A stretch of DNA of 56,749 bases, from the NCBI GenBank assembly GCA_035279545.1, contig DATEHM010000235.1, positions 1 to 56,749 on the forward strand, given 5' to 3'. Positions 25,178-33,496 of the stretch are shown one piece after another. Below the pieces are notes generated by a model, which saw only the letters and a list, made by a program, of their open reading frames with translations, had not been told where the DNA came from and searched no databases. The translations under genes and the position numbers were made by a program. The stretch's first letter is position 1. Every line of letters begins with the position of its first letter. Source of the stretch: a bacterium (GTDB taxonomy: Bacteria; Sysuimicrobiota; Sysuimicrobiia; Sysuimicrobiales; Segetimicrobiaceae).

Positions 25178-25995
25178 ACCGGCAGGCCGGAGGCGGTGCG
25201 TTTGGCCAGCAGGGCTTGGACGCCCATCAGACACACCGTCGCCACCACGAACACCGTCCAGCCGGCGAGGGTGTGATACATCCCTTCGTAAAACCCGAGA
25301 AGGATGTTCGAGGTGACGCGCACCGCGTTTGAGAGGATGGCGATGGGCAACACGGAGGCGATGAGCACGGCCCGGTCCGTCCAGCGCAGGCGGGTCATAA
25401 AGGCCAGCATCACGGCGGTGGCACCAAGCGCGATCAGCGAACGAAACCCGCTGCAGGCCGCGGCGACTTCGAGGCGCACGTTCGGTAGGTCGATGTACAC
25501 GCCCTGGAGGAGCACCGGATACCCGGCGAAATGCAGGACCGCGGTTGAGAACCGCGCGGTGAAGATCTGCAGTGGCCAGGTAATATGATTGAAGAGCGCC
25601 GGCGGGAGAGGAATCATGAGTGCCAGAAAGATGAGAGGGAACGCCAGCGGTTTGACGAGCCCCCATCCTCCCAGGAAGAGGCTAAGGCCAAACAGCACGA
25701 AGATCAGGGACGCCTCGGCAATCACCCTCGCCCCGCCGGTTCGTCCGAGAATCAGGCAGAGCAACCCGAAGATTAGAAGGACGTACCCCCACCACGATCC
25801 CCGGGAATCCGGCCGGAGCGTGTGCCACCGTTCCCAGACGAGGTACGCCGCCACGGGAGGGATGAAGAATCCGTACCCCAGGTTGGAAATATCGTCGAGC
25901 CACTCGGCTAACAGCCAGCCTACGACCGGATAATACAGCCAGGCGAGCAGTCCGGCGAGCCCCGCCACCCCGATGATCGTCCTGTAGCGCCCCAT
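25174..25995 (-). CDS. Exosortase (EpsH family)
   Basis: Polytopic membrane protein with VAAACSGFRSL (catalytic Cys context) and ILSNAVRV (Asn/Arg motif). ATG 25995 has GGGAG 8 nt upstream. ATG 26076 is an alternative start without an SD. Confidence 0.85.
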   Translation of the reverse strand: MGRYRTIIGVAGLAGLLAWLYYPVVGWLLAEWLDDISNLGYGFFIPPVAAYLVWERWHTLRPDSRGSWWGYVLLIFGLLCLILGRTGGARVIAEASLIFVLFGLSLFLGGWGLVKPLAFPLIFLALMIPLPPALFNHITWPLQIFTARFSTAVLHFAGYPVLLQGVYIDLPNVRLEVAAACSGFRSLIALGATAVMLAFMTRLRWTDRAVLIASVLPIAILSNAVRVTSNILLGFYEGMYHTLAGWTVFVVATVCLMGVQALLAKRTASGLPV

Positions 25996-26118
25996 CGCGA
26001 TCTCCCTTGCTTGTTCGGGGGGTTCCTTGGCGGCGCAGTACGCCCTTCCTCCGTTCGAAGGATTTGGGGCATTCATCCGAACGGCGGAGCGATTGGCTGG
26101 CAGTGCTGGAGGGAACGG

Positions 26119-26772
26119 CTAGGTGACGAGGCCGTTTTTCACGGCGTACGCGGCTGCCTGCGCCCTGTTGTGAATGCGAAGTTTCTGGTAGACGGAGCGG
26201 AGGTGGCTCTTGACCGTCGGTTCCGAGAGGAACAACTTTAGCGCGACCTCTTTGTCGCTGAGCCCGGCAGCCACCCCTTTGAGAACGTCGATCTCCCGTT
26301 CGGTAAGCCCCGGGCCGCGCCGGAAATTGAAGAGCACCGCCTCTTTCTCCGTTGTGGCCAAGCGTTCGACGAGTTTCCGGGCGATCGCGGGATTGATCAT
26401 GGTGCGGTCCGAGTGGACCGAACGAATGGCGCGAATGAGGTTCTCAGGGGGGATGTCTTTCAGTACATAGCCGATGGCACCGGCTTGGACCGCCTTCAGG
26501 ACCGTGTCCTGATCATCGTACACGGTCAGGATCAGGACCTGGGTGTCCGGGCAGCCCTCTTTGATGAGCCGTGTCGCCTCGATCCCGCTGCCATCTACCA
26601 ATTTGACATCCATCAGGACCACATCGGGCTTCAATTCGGCGGCCTTTCGGACCGCCTCTTTTACCCCACTCGCCTTCCCGACCACGGCGATGTCGTGCTC
26701 CGCTTGCAGGACGACCCGCAGTCCGGCCGTAATGATTTCATGATCGTCCACCAGCATGACACGAACCGGCAC
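26119..26772 (-). CDS. LuxR/NarL-family response regulator
   Basis: Receiver domain (LVDDHEI, DVVLMDVKL) plus the HTH LTEREIDVLKGVAAGLSDKEVALKLFLSEPTVKSHLRSVYQKL. Start is GTG 26772 or ATG 26757. The track N-terminus to 27027 is an Arg-rich shadow. Confidence 0.88.
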   Translation of the reverse strand: MPVRVMLVDDHEIITAGLRVVLQAEHDIAVVGKASGVKEAVRKAAELKPDVVLMDVKLVDGSGIEATRLIKEGCPDTQVLILTVYDDQDTVLKAVQAGAIGYVLKDIPPENLIRAIRSVHSDRTMINPAIARKLVERLATTEKEAVLFNFRRGPGLTEREIDVLKGVAAGLSDKEVALKLFLSEPTVKSHLRSVYQKLRIHNRAQAAAYAVKNGLVT

Positions 26773-26998
26773 TACGCCATCCCCCTTCGCGGGCGCACCC
26801 CCGACCACAATGGAGCCTTCTGGCCGAAATGGGGCGCGCCATGACACACGCCGGGGTCCTTCCTCTGTTCTGTCGATCGGAACAGACCTCGCGGAAGATT
26901 TACGACCCCGACTATAGTTATGCCCCATTTCCCCCCCGATTAGCCTGCCAGAAGGTGCCCGGCCCATTCGCGATGGCGCCGTCCCCCGAAGAGCCCTC

Positions 26999-27065
26999 CC
27001 CCCCTCCTTTTGACGGAGGACCATCATCCGAATGACGAGTTAATTCCACCAGACGAACCAAGGCA
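26999..27065. repeat. Tandem direct repeat, copy A
   Basis: 59 of 67 positions are identical to copy B at an offset of 155 nt, by hand alignment without gaps. It contains the hairpin CCTCC-TTTTGAC-GGAGG (27003-27019) and the 3-codon ORF ATG ACG AGT TAA (27032-27043). Confidence 0.8.
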
Positions 27066-27153
27066 CCTTCCTGGTCCTCTCGGAAGACACGGTCGACTGA
27101 GCCGTTGGGGGACCTGCACGTGGTGTCGGTTCGGGTTGTGGCGATCGGTGATG

Positions 27154-27220
27154 CCCCCCTCCTTTTGAAGGAGGGCGATCATCCGAATGGCGGATTAATT
27201 CCACTAGACGAACCAAGGGA
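27154..27220. repeat. Tandem direct repeat, copy B
   Basis: It contains the hairpin CCTCC-TTTTGAA-GGAGG (27158-27174) and the 3-codon ORF ATG GCG GAT TAA (27187-27198). It ends 56 nt before the GTG of the downstream regulator. Confidence 0.8.
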
Positions 27221-27276
27221 CCGTTTGGCCTTTCCGGAAATCATCGGGTGACTGATACAGTTGGGGGGGACGGCGC

Positions 27277-27936
27277 GTGGGATCGGTTCGGGTCCTTATC
27301 ATCGATGACATGACCCTCGTTCGCGAGGGGATCCAAAGCTTGCTGAAGGGGCGGGATTCCGTCGAGATCATCGGGCAAGCGTGTGACGTCCACGAAGCCA
27401 CAAGCACGATCACTCAGGAAGAAACGGACGTCGTCTTGCTCGACCAGGACATTCCGGGCTTAGATACCCCCGAGGCGATCCACCTCCTGAAGCAGCAGCG
27501 GCCCCAGATGGAGGTCATCGTGCTCTCGGATAGTCCGGATGAGGAACGGGCGTTCCGCGCCCTGGAGGCGGGGGCAAGTGGCTACGTGCTCAAGGACATC
27601 AGCCCCGATAACCTTGTCCGGGCGATTCACGGGGTGTGCGACGGCCGGACGGTGACGCATCCCTATATCACACGGCAACTGATCGAGCGATTCCGGTTGC
27701 TGATGCGGGAACGGACGAACCATCAGAACGGTTCGCTCGTCGCCGGCCTGACCAGCCGTGAATTGGGGATCGTCGTCGAGATGGCCAAGGGGTCGACGGA
27801 TCGAGAGATCGCCAAAAAGGCGTGTCTGGGAGAGTCAACGGTCAAGAGCCACATTCGATCGATTCTGCGCAAGATCGGAGCACGCAACCGCACCCAGGCG
27901 GTGGCCTACATCCTGCGAAAAGGGATTATGCGCTAG
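27277..27936 (+). CDS. LuxR/NarL-family response regulator (second, divergent)
   Basis: GGGGGGGA lies upstream of GTG 27277. Receiver domain (LIIDDMTL, DVVLLDQDIPG) plus the HTH LTSRELGIVVEMAKGSTDREIAKKACLGESTVKSHIRSILRKI. Confidence 0.88.
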   Translation: MGSVRVLIIDDMTLVREGIQSLLKGRDSVEIIGQACDVHEATSTITQEETDVVLLDQDIPGLDTPEAIHLLKQQRPQMEVIVLSDSPDEERAFRALEAGASGYVLKDISPDNLVRAIHGVCDGRTVTHPYITRQLIERFRLLMRERTNHQNGSLVAGLTSRELGIVVEMAKGSTDREIAKKACLGESTVKSHIRSILRKIGARNRTQAVAYILRKGIMR

Positions 27937-27977
27937 AAATCCCACGCGAACATTCGCCAGTCGGGAGGGTATGATCG

Positions 27978-28199
27978 GTGAGCACGGGCGAGCCTCTCCA
28001 AGAGCCTCAGGAGGTCAGCATTCAAGCGCGGCTGTGCAACGGCAGCCGCTACCACAGCGTCGGGGACCTGCTCACCTACCGGTCGGGACTGTGGATGGTG
28101 AAGGGGTTCTTCCTGGGGGCCAACCCCTCGGGCGAGAGAGAACTCTACTACATCCTCGGCGGCGTCACGGCGGCGTCAGAGCAGGCGGGGGACGAGTGA
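27978..28199 (+). CDS. Small hypothetical protein (73 aa)
   Basis: GGGAGGG lies 8 nt before GTG 27978. Third positions are strongly G/C and the composition is balanced, unlike the overlapping Arg-rich frame. It lies between the regulator and the export gene. Confidence 0.5.
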   Translation: MSTGEPLQEPQEVSIQARLCNGSRYHSVGDLLTYRSGLWMVKGFFLGANPSGERELYYILGGVTAASEQAGDE

Positions 28200-28218
28200 A
28201 TCGACAGCGAGGTGAGCA

Positions 28219-29415
28219 ATGGGTCCGGCATACCTGATCAGCCAAGCGCATAGGGTCCGTGGAGTCACGGCCCTCGTGCTTGCGCTGGCGCTGACGTTGT
28301 CCACGGCGACCACGCCGACTCGGGCACAGGCCCCGGATTACCTCATCCGCCCCGGGGACGTACTCGATGTCCTCGTCATCGGCGAACCGGACCTGACGCG
28401 CCAAGTCACGGTGACCCCCGATGGGGACATCTTCCTGCCGTTGGTGGGCAACGTCGCGGTGGGGAAGCTGACCGTCGGGCAGATCGAGGTCAAGCTCGCC
28501 ACCGTGCTGTCGAAGTTCGTGAAGTCTCCAAAGGTGATGGTCACCTACGAGAGGACCGGGACCACCGGCCAGTTCGTGTACGTGCTCGGGCAGGTGGCGC
28601 GTCCGGGCGCGTACGACTTTCACCAGGGGACCACGGTGAGCGAGCTCTTGGCGACGGCGGGCGGGCCGAATCCGCAAGCCGCGTTGGCCAAAGCGTTGAT
28701 CCTCCACCGGACGGCGGCCAATCCGGTGGACCTGCAGAGGCTGCTGAACGGGGACACCTCGCAGAACGCCCCCTTGCAGGTCGGTGACGTGCTGGTGGTG
28801 CCGGACTACAGCACGCGGGTGCTGGTGCTGGGGCAGGTGCAGAAGCCCGGCTACGTGACCCTCAAGGAGGGAGAGGACCACATTCTCGACGTGGTCGTCC
28901 AGGCCGGCGGTCCCACGCTCAAGGCCGCTCCGGAGCGCATCCGCATCCTTCGGAACGGGCAGCCGGTCAGCACGGATCTCGAGACCTTTCTGCGCGAGGG
29001 CAAGCCCGAACTCAACCCGGTGGTTCAGCCGGGCGATATCGTGGTCATGCCCGAAACGGACCGCCGCATCATCGTGCTGGGCGCGGTGGTCAAACCCGGT
29101 CCGATCGACATGGGGGAAACGTTCCCGCGCCGGGTGATGGACGCGATCGCCGCCGCCGGCGGCCCGGCCAACCTCTCCAAGCTCACCACGGTGTACGTCA
29201 TCCGGCAGAATGGAACCGAGCAGCCCACCGCGATCACGGTGGACGTGTGGAAATACCTGCACGAGGGTGGGGCCAATCAAAACATCGAGCTCAAGCCCGG
29301 GGACGTGGTGTTCGTCCCGCAATCGCCGCTGCAGACGCTTCAGACTGTCGTGGGTATCCTGTCCGGCCTGAACCTGATCAGGGTACTCCTGGGCCTGCCC
29401 TGCAGCGGATGCTAG
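28219..29415 (+). CDS. Polysaccharide export protein (OPX/Wza-like, Poly_export + SLBB domains)
   Basis: Signal peptide, then PDYLIRPGDVLDVLVIGEPDLTRQVTVTPDGDIFLPLVGNVAVGKLTVGQIE and repeated SLBB-like segments (GDVLVVP, GDIVVMP, GDVVFVP). Confidence 0.88.
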   Translation: MGPAYLISQAHRVRGVTALVLALALTLSTATTPTRAQAPDYLIRPGDVLDVLVIGEPDLTRQVTVTPDGDIFLPLVGNVAVGKLTVGQIEVKLATVLSKFVKSPKVMVTYERTGTTGQFVYVLGQVARPGAYDFHQGTTVSELLATAGGPNPQAALAKALILHRTAANPVDLQRLLNGDTSQNAPLQVGDVLVVPDYSTRVLVLGQVQKPGYVTLKEGEDHILDVVVQAGGPTLKAAPERIRILRNGQPVSTDLETFLREGKPELNPVVQPGDIVVMPETDRRIIVLGAVVKPGPIDMGETFPRRVMDAIAAAGGPANLSKLTTVYVIRQNGTEQPTAITVDVWKYLHEGGANQNIELKPGDVVFVPQSPLQTLQTVVGILSGLNLIRVLLGLPCSGC

Positions 29416-29455
29416 CGGCGACGTGCGGCTGATCGTGCGTCGAGGAGTGTGAGTC

Positions 29456-32146
29456 ATGGAATTCTGGACGTACTACCGGGTCCTTCACAAGCACTACCGA
29501 ACGGTGGCGATCGTGGTGTTGATCGCGCTGGTGGTGGGCACGATCCTCGCCTGGCCCCGCCAGGCGGAGTACATGGCCAGCGCGACGCTGACGACCACGC
29601 CGCCGGATACGAACCACTTCCTCGTCCTGGTGTCGGACCAGGTCCACGCGGCGCCGGGCCCGGATACGGCACGCGTGATCCAGCTCATCCAAAGCCGCAC
29701 CGCGGCCGAGCGCGTCATCCAGCGGTTGAACCTGAAGATCAGCCCGTGGGAACTCCGCGGCCGGCTCAGCGTGACCGGCGGACGGGACCCCGCTCCCCTG
29801 CTCACGTTGTCCGTGGTGGACCCAAACCCGGCGGAGGCGGTGCGACTGGCGAACACCTATGCGGAGGTGGCGGTGGCCTACAACCAAGAGGTCAACCGCC
29901 GGGAGGCCACCCTCGCGCGCGAGTTTATCGAAGGGAGACTGCAGGATACCCAGACCCGGTTGACCCAGGCGGAGAACGCGGTCGATGCGTTCAAGCGGGG
30001 CCACGGGATCGTCTCGATGCCGATGCAGGTGAACGCGGAGGTCCAGCGTTTCCTTGACCTGGTGAACCAGCAGCACAGCTCGGAGCTGACCATCCGCGAG
30101 ATTTCCGCCCGCATCGCCGATACCCGGCAGCGGCTCGGGCAGTTCACCCCGACGAAGACGGATAAGCAGTTCACCGAAAATCCCATCATGCAGAAGCTCC
30201 ACGGTGACCTGGTGAACCTGGAAATCCAACTCGCCGTGGCCAGGGCGACCTATACCGAGGAGCACCCGACGGTCGTGGCGTTGAAACAGAAGATTCAGAT
30301 CCTCAAAGAGGCGATGGCGGGAGAGATTCAAAAGGTCGTCGCCGCGGAGTTCGTGCAGGTCAACCCGCTCTACGAGGGGCTGGTCCGCCAACTGATCGAT
30401 CTGGAGACCCAGCGCGAGGCGGCCAGAGCTCAGCTACAGGCCCTGACCAGCGTCATCCCGGACGAGCAGAAGCAGCTCCCCGTCATGACCGACATCGAGC
30501 GTGAGTACACGCGCCTGAGCCGGGACGTGCAGGTCCTCGACACCGCCTACCAGTCCTTGGAGGCTCGGCTCAACGACTTCCGCATTCAGGAAGAGGCGGC
30601 GATCGATCGGAACCCCGTGTACATCGTGGACACGGCCAATGCGGCGGCCCCGACGTCGTCCTCTCGGACGTTGGTGCGGATTCTTGTCGCCGGGATGCTC
30701 GGCCTGGTGGGGGGAATCGGGCTCGTCGTCTTCCAGAGTCAGATCGACAACACCTTGAGGACCGCGAAGGACGCCGAGCGCCTCCTCGGGGTCCCCGTGC
30801 TGGGGAGCGTCCCGAAGCACAATCCCCCGTTCGATGAGGCCTACCGGCTCCTGAAGACCACGCTCGGCCTCCACGGCACGAACGGGAAGACCAAGGCGAT
30901 CATGTTCACCAGCCCTCGACCTGGCAGCGGAGTCTCCACGGTCGTCTTTCACCTGGCCTGCGCCATTGCCCGGGGCGGGAAGCGCGTGACCGTCATCGAC
31001 ACAGACGTGAGGCGTCCCGCCGTCGCCCGCCTGTTTGGGGTGGTGAATGACGCGGGGCTGGTGGATGTGCTGACGGGTGCCGTCCCGCTCCAGGACGCCC
31101 TGCGGGCTGCGAAGATCGAGAACGTGCAGGTCCTGCCGGCCGGGGCAAACCGGTCAGCGCTGGTGGAGCTCCCGGAGTTGTTTGGGACATATGCGATGAC
31201 CCAATTGTTGGAGAAGATCAAGCGTCAGGCGGAAGTGATTCTGATCGACTCGCCGCCGGCGGTGACGTTTGCGGAGTCCCGCGCGCTCGCCGCCGTCGTC
31301 GATGGCGTGGTGCTCGTGCTGGCGGCCGGACAAGCGCCGCGCGGCGTTGAACTGGACGCGAAGCGTCAGCTGGAGCGCGCCCACGCCCGGGTGCTGGGAA
31401 CGGTCGTGAACAAGGTTGCGCCGGAAGACGACGACAACTACTACTTCTACGAGAAATATTTCAACCCCGGTGCGGGCAAGCAGACCGCGGTGCAGGTGAA
31501 GGCGATCGGGATCGTGGTGCTGCTCATCCTCCTCGGCGCCGGGGCCGTGGTGGGGGCGGGGGTGGTGTTGTTCAAGACCGCCCCCGCGGCCATGGGGACG
31601 ATCATCCACGGCGGCCGCATGGTGATCGCGTGGTTGCGCCACATCATCCCGGCGGCCGGATCCGTTCCCGGCCATACCGTCCCGGCGATGCTGCGGGCAC
31701 TCGGCGGCATCATAGGCGCGGCGGGGTCATCGATCGGCGCCGGCGCGGGCGCGGTGATCGCGGGGGTGGAGAGGGTGGCCGCCGCGGCGGGACACATCGT
31801 TTCCGCTGCGCTCCGCGCGTTCTCGGCGGGTGTGTGGAGAGTCAACGCCGGCCATCTGGCCAAGGCCTCGATGGCGGGCGGCGCGGCCCTGACATCGCCG
31901 GGAGCAGGAGCGCACAGGGCCATCTGGACGGTCGGCCGTGCGATCCACACCGGAGCGACGGGCGTGGGCGCCGGCGCGGCCGCTTTGCTCTCAACGCTGG
32001 GCTGTGCGGGGCACATCGTCATCTCGTCGGTGAGTCGGACGGCCCACACGGTGTTCTCGGCTGGGACCGCCGGGGTCCAGAAGGCGCTGGCGAGCTTTGG
32101 GCATGCGACGACGACGATCATGATGGTTTTCGCAGGGCGACGGTGA
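29456..32146 (+). CDS. Polysaccharide co-polymerase (Wzz/GumC-like) fused to a BY-kinase-like P-loop domain, with a C-terminal TM and Ala/Gly/His-rich extension
   Basis: N-terminal TM, long coiled-coil region and second TM. Walker A-like PGSGVST (no Lys), Walker A-prime VIDTDVRRP, Walker B ILIDSPP and the Tyr cluster DNYYFYEKYF. These are followed by 226 further residues in the same frame. Confidence 0.85.
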   Translation: MEFWTYYRVLHKHYRTVAIVVLIALVVGTILAWPRQAEYMASATLTTTPPDTNHFLVLVSDQVHAAPGPDTARVIQLIQSRTAAERVIQRLNLKISPWELRGRLSVTGGRDPAPLLTLSVVDPNPAEAVRLANTYAEVAVAYNQEVNRREATLAREFIEGRLQDTQTRLTQAENAVDAFKRGHGIVSMPMQVNAEVQRFLDLVNQQHSSELTIREISARIADTRQRLGQFTPTKTDKQFTENPIMQKLHGDLVNLEIQLAVARATYTEEHPTVVALKQKIQILKEAMAGEIQKVVAAEFVQVNPLYEGLVRQLIDLETQREAARAQLQALTSVIPDEQKQLPVMTDIEREYTRLSRDVQVLDTAYQSLEARLNDFRIQEEAAIDRNPVYIVDTANAAAPTSSSRTLVRILVAGMLGLVGGIGLVVFQSQIDNTLRTAKDAERLLGVPVLGSVPKHNPPFDEAYRLLKTTLGLHGTNGKTKAIMFTSPRPGSGVSTVVFHLACAIARGGKRVTVIDTDVRRPAVARLFGVVNDAGLVDVLTGAVPLQDALRAAKIENVQVLPAGANRSALVELPELFGTYAMTQLLEKIKRQAEVILIDSPPAVTFAESRALAAVVDGVVLVLAAGQAPRGVELDAKRQLERAHARVLGTVVNKVAPEDDDNYYFYEKYFNPGAGKQTAVQVKAIGIVVLLILLGAGAVVGAGVVLFKTAPAAMGTIIHGGRMVIAWLRHIIPAAGSVPGHTVPAMLRALGGIIGAAGSSIGAGAGAVIAGVERVAAAAGHIVSAALRAFSAGVWRVNAGHLAKASMAGGAALTSPGAGAHRAIWTVGRAIHTGATGVGAGAAALLSTLGCAGHIVISSVSRTAHTVFSAGTAGVQKALASFGHATTTIMMVFAGRR

Positions 32147-32188
32147 TGGGGCCCCGTGGACATCTTGCGTGAGAGGGATTCTGAAACA

Positions 32189-33496
32189 ATGGACGGAGCA
32201 TTCGCCAAGAAAATCGCGGACCGGACCGCCATCATTGCCGTCGTCGGCCTCGGGTATGTGGGACTGCCGCTCGCTCGGATCTTCGCCTCGGCAGGGTACC
32301 GCGTCTTCGGAGTCGAGATCGACCGGGAGCGCGTCGACGCCATCAACGGCGGGAAGTCGTACGTCGACGACATTTCCGACGATGAGATCGCCGCGCTCGT
32401 TGCCCGCGGCCTCCTGTCGGCAACGTCTGATGTTTCCGTTCAGCGAGACGCCGACGCCATCCTCATCTGCGTGCCGACGCCGCTGACGCGGGGCAAACAG
32501 CCGGATCTCTCGTATGTCACGGCCGCGGTGACCCAGATCGTCCCGCACCTTCGTCCCGGGCAACTGATTGTGCTGGAGAGCACCACATTTCCCGGCACGA
32601 CGCGGGAGGTCGTCAAGCCCATCCTGGAACGCTCCGGGCTCGTCGCCGGGCAAGACTTCTGGCTCGCCTTCTCCCCGGAGCGCCTGGATCCCGGCAACAA
32701 GAGTCGGGCGATCAACACGGTCCCCAAGATCGTCGGCGGGCTGACGCCCTGGTGCACCGAGCTCGCCTCTTTGATGTACCGTCAGATCACCGCCACGGTG
32801 GTGCCGGTCTCGTCTTCGACGGTTGCCGAAATGGTCAAGGTGTACGAAAACGTCTTTCGCAATGTCAACATCGCGCTGGTCAACGAGTTGACGCTGCTCT
32901 GTGACCGCATGGGCCTGGACGTATGGGAGATCATCGACGCGGCGGCCACCAAACCGTACGGGTTCATGCCGTTCTACCCCGGGCCAGGCGTCGGCGGCCA
33001 CTGCATTCCGGTCGACCCGTACTATCTGTCCGCAAAGGCCCGCGAGTACGACTTCCACGCCCGCTTTATCGAGTTGGCGGCCACGGTCAACGACAGCATG
33101 CCGTACTATGCGCTCTCGCGGACGACCACCGCGCTCGGCGCGCAAGGGAAGGTCCTGGGGGGGACCAAGGTGTTGGTCCTCGGCGTCGCCTATAAGAAGG
33201 ACATCTCCGATGTGCGGGAGTCGCCTTCGTTAAAGATCATCGAGTTGCTGGAGAAGCGCGGCGCTAACGTCGCCTATCACGATCCGTACATTCCGGAGAT
33301 CACGCTGCCCAACCCCGGGGTGAAGTTGACCTCGGTGTCGCTCACCGACGAACGGCTCTCGGAGGTCGACTGCGTGATTATCGCCACAGACCACAGCAAC
33401 CTCGACTATCGGCGGGTGGCGGAGAAAGCACGGCTGGTCATCGATACGCGGAATGTGCTCCGGGGCACCGGTGGCCCGCATGTGGTGCGGCTCTGA
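32189..33496 (+). CDS. Nucleotide-sugar 6-dehydrogenase (UDP-GlcNAc/UDP-ManNAc dehydrogenase-like, WbpA/TviB/WecC group)
   Basis: Motifs IAVVGLGYVGLPLA, ICVPTPL and GGHCIPVDP (catalytic Cys), plus GVAYKKDISDVRESP. Start is ATG 32189 (GAGGG upstream) or GTG 32156. Confidence 0.88.
   Translation: MDGAFAKKIADRTAIIAVVGLGYVGLPLARIFASAGYRVFGVEIDRERVDAINGGKSYVDDISDDEIAALVARGLLSATSDVSVQRDADAILICVPTPLTRGKQPDLSYVTAAVTQIVPHLRPGQLIVLESTTFPGTTREVVKPILERSGLVAGQDFWLAFSPERLDPGNKSRAINTVPKIVGGLTPWCTELASLMYRQITATVVPVSSSTVAEMVKVYENVFRNVNIALVNELTLLCDRMGLDVWEIIDAAATKPYGFMPFYPGPGVGGHCIPVDPYYLSAKAREYDFHARFIELAATVNDSMPYYALSRTTTALGAQGKVLGGTKVLVLGVAYKKDISDVRESPSLKIIELLEKRGANVAYHDPYIPEITLPNPGVKLTSVSLTDERLSEVDCVIIATDHSNLDYRRVAEKARLVIDTRNVLRGTGGPHVVRL

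Noticed and set aside
27032-27043. The 3-codon mini-ORFs in the repeats, considered as annotatable leader-peptide genes
   Set aside because: They are too short to support as CDS features from sequence alone, and the SD-to-ATG spacing of about 12 nt is long. They are kept only as part of the repeat finding.
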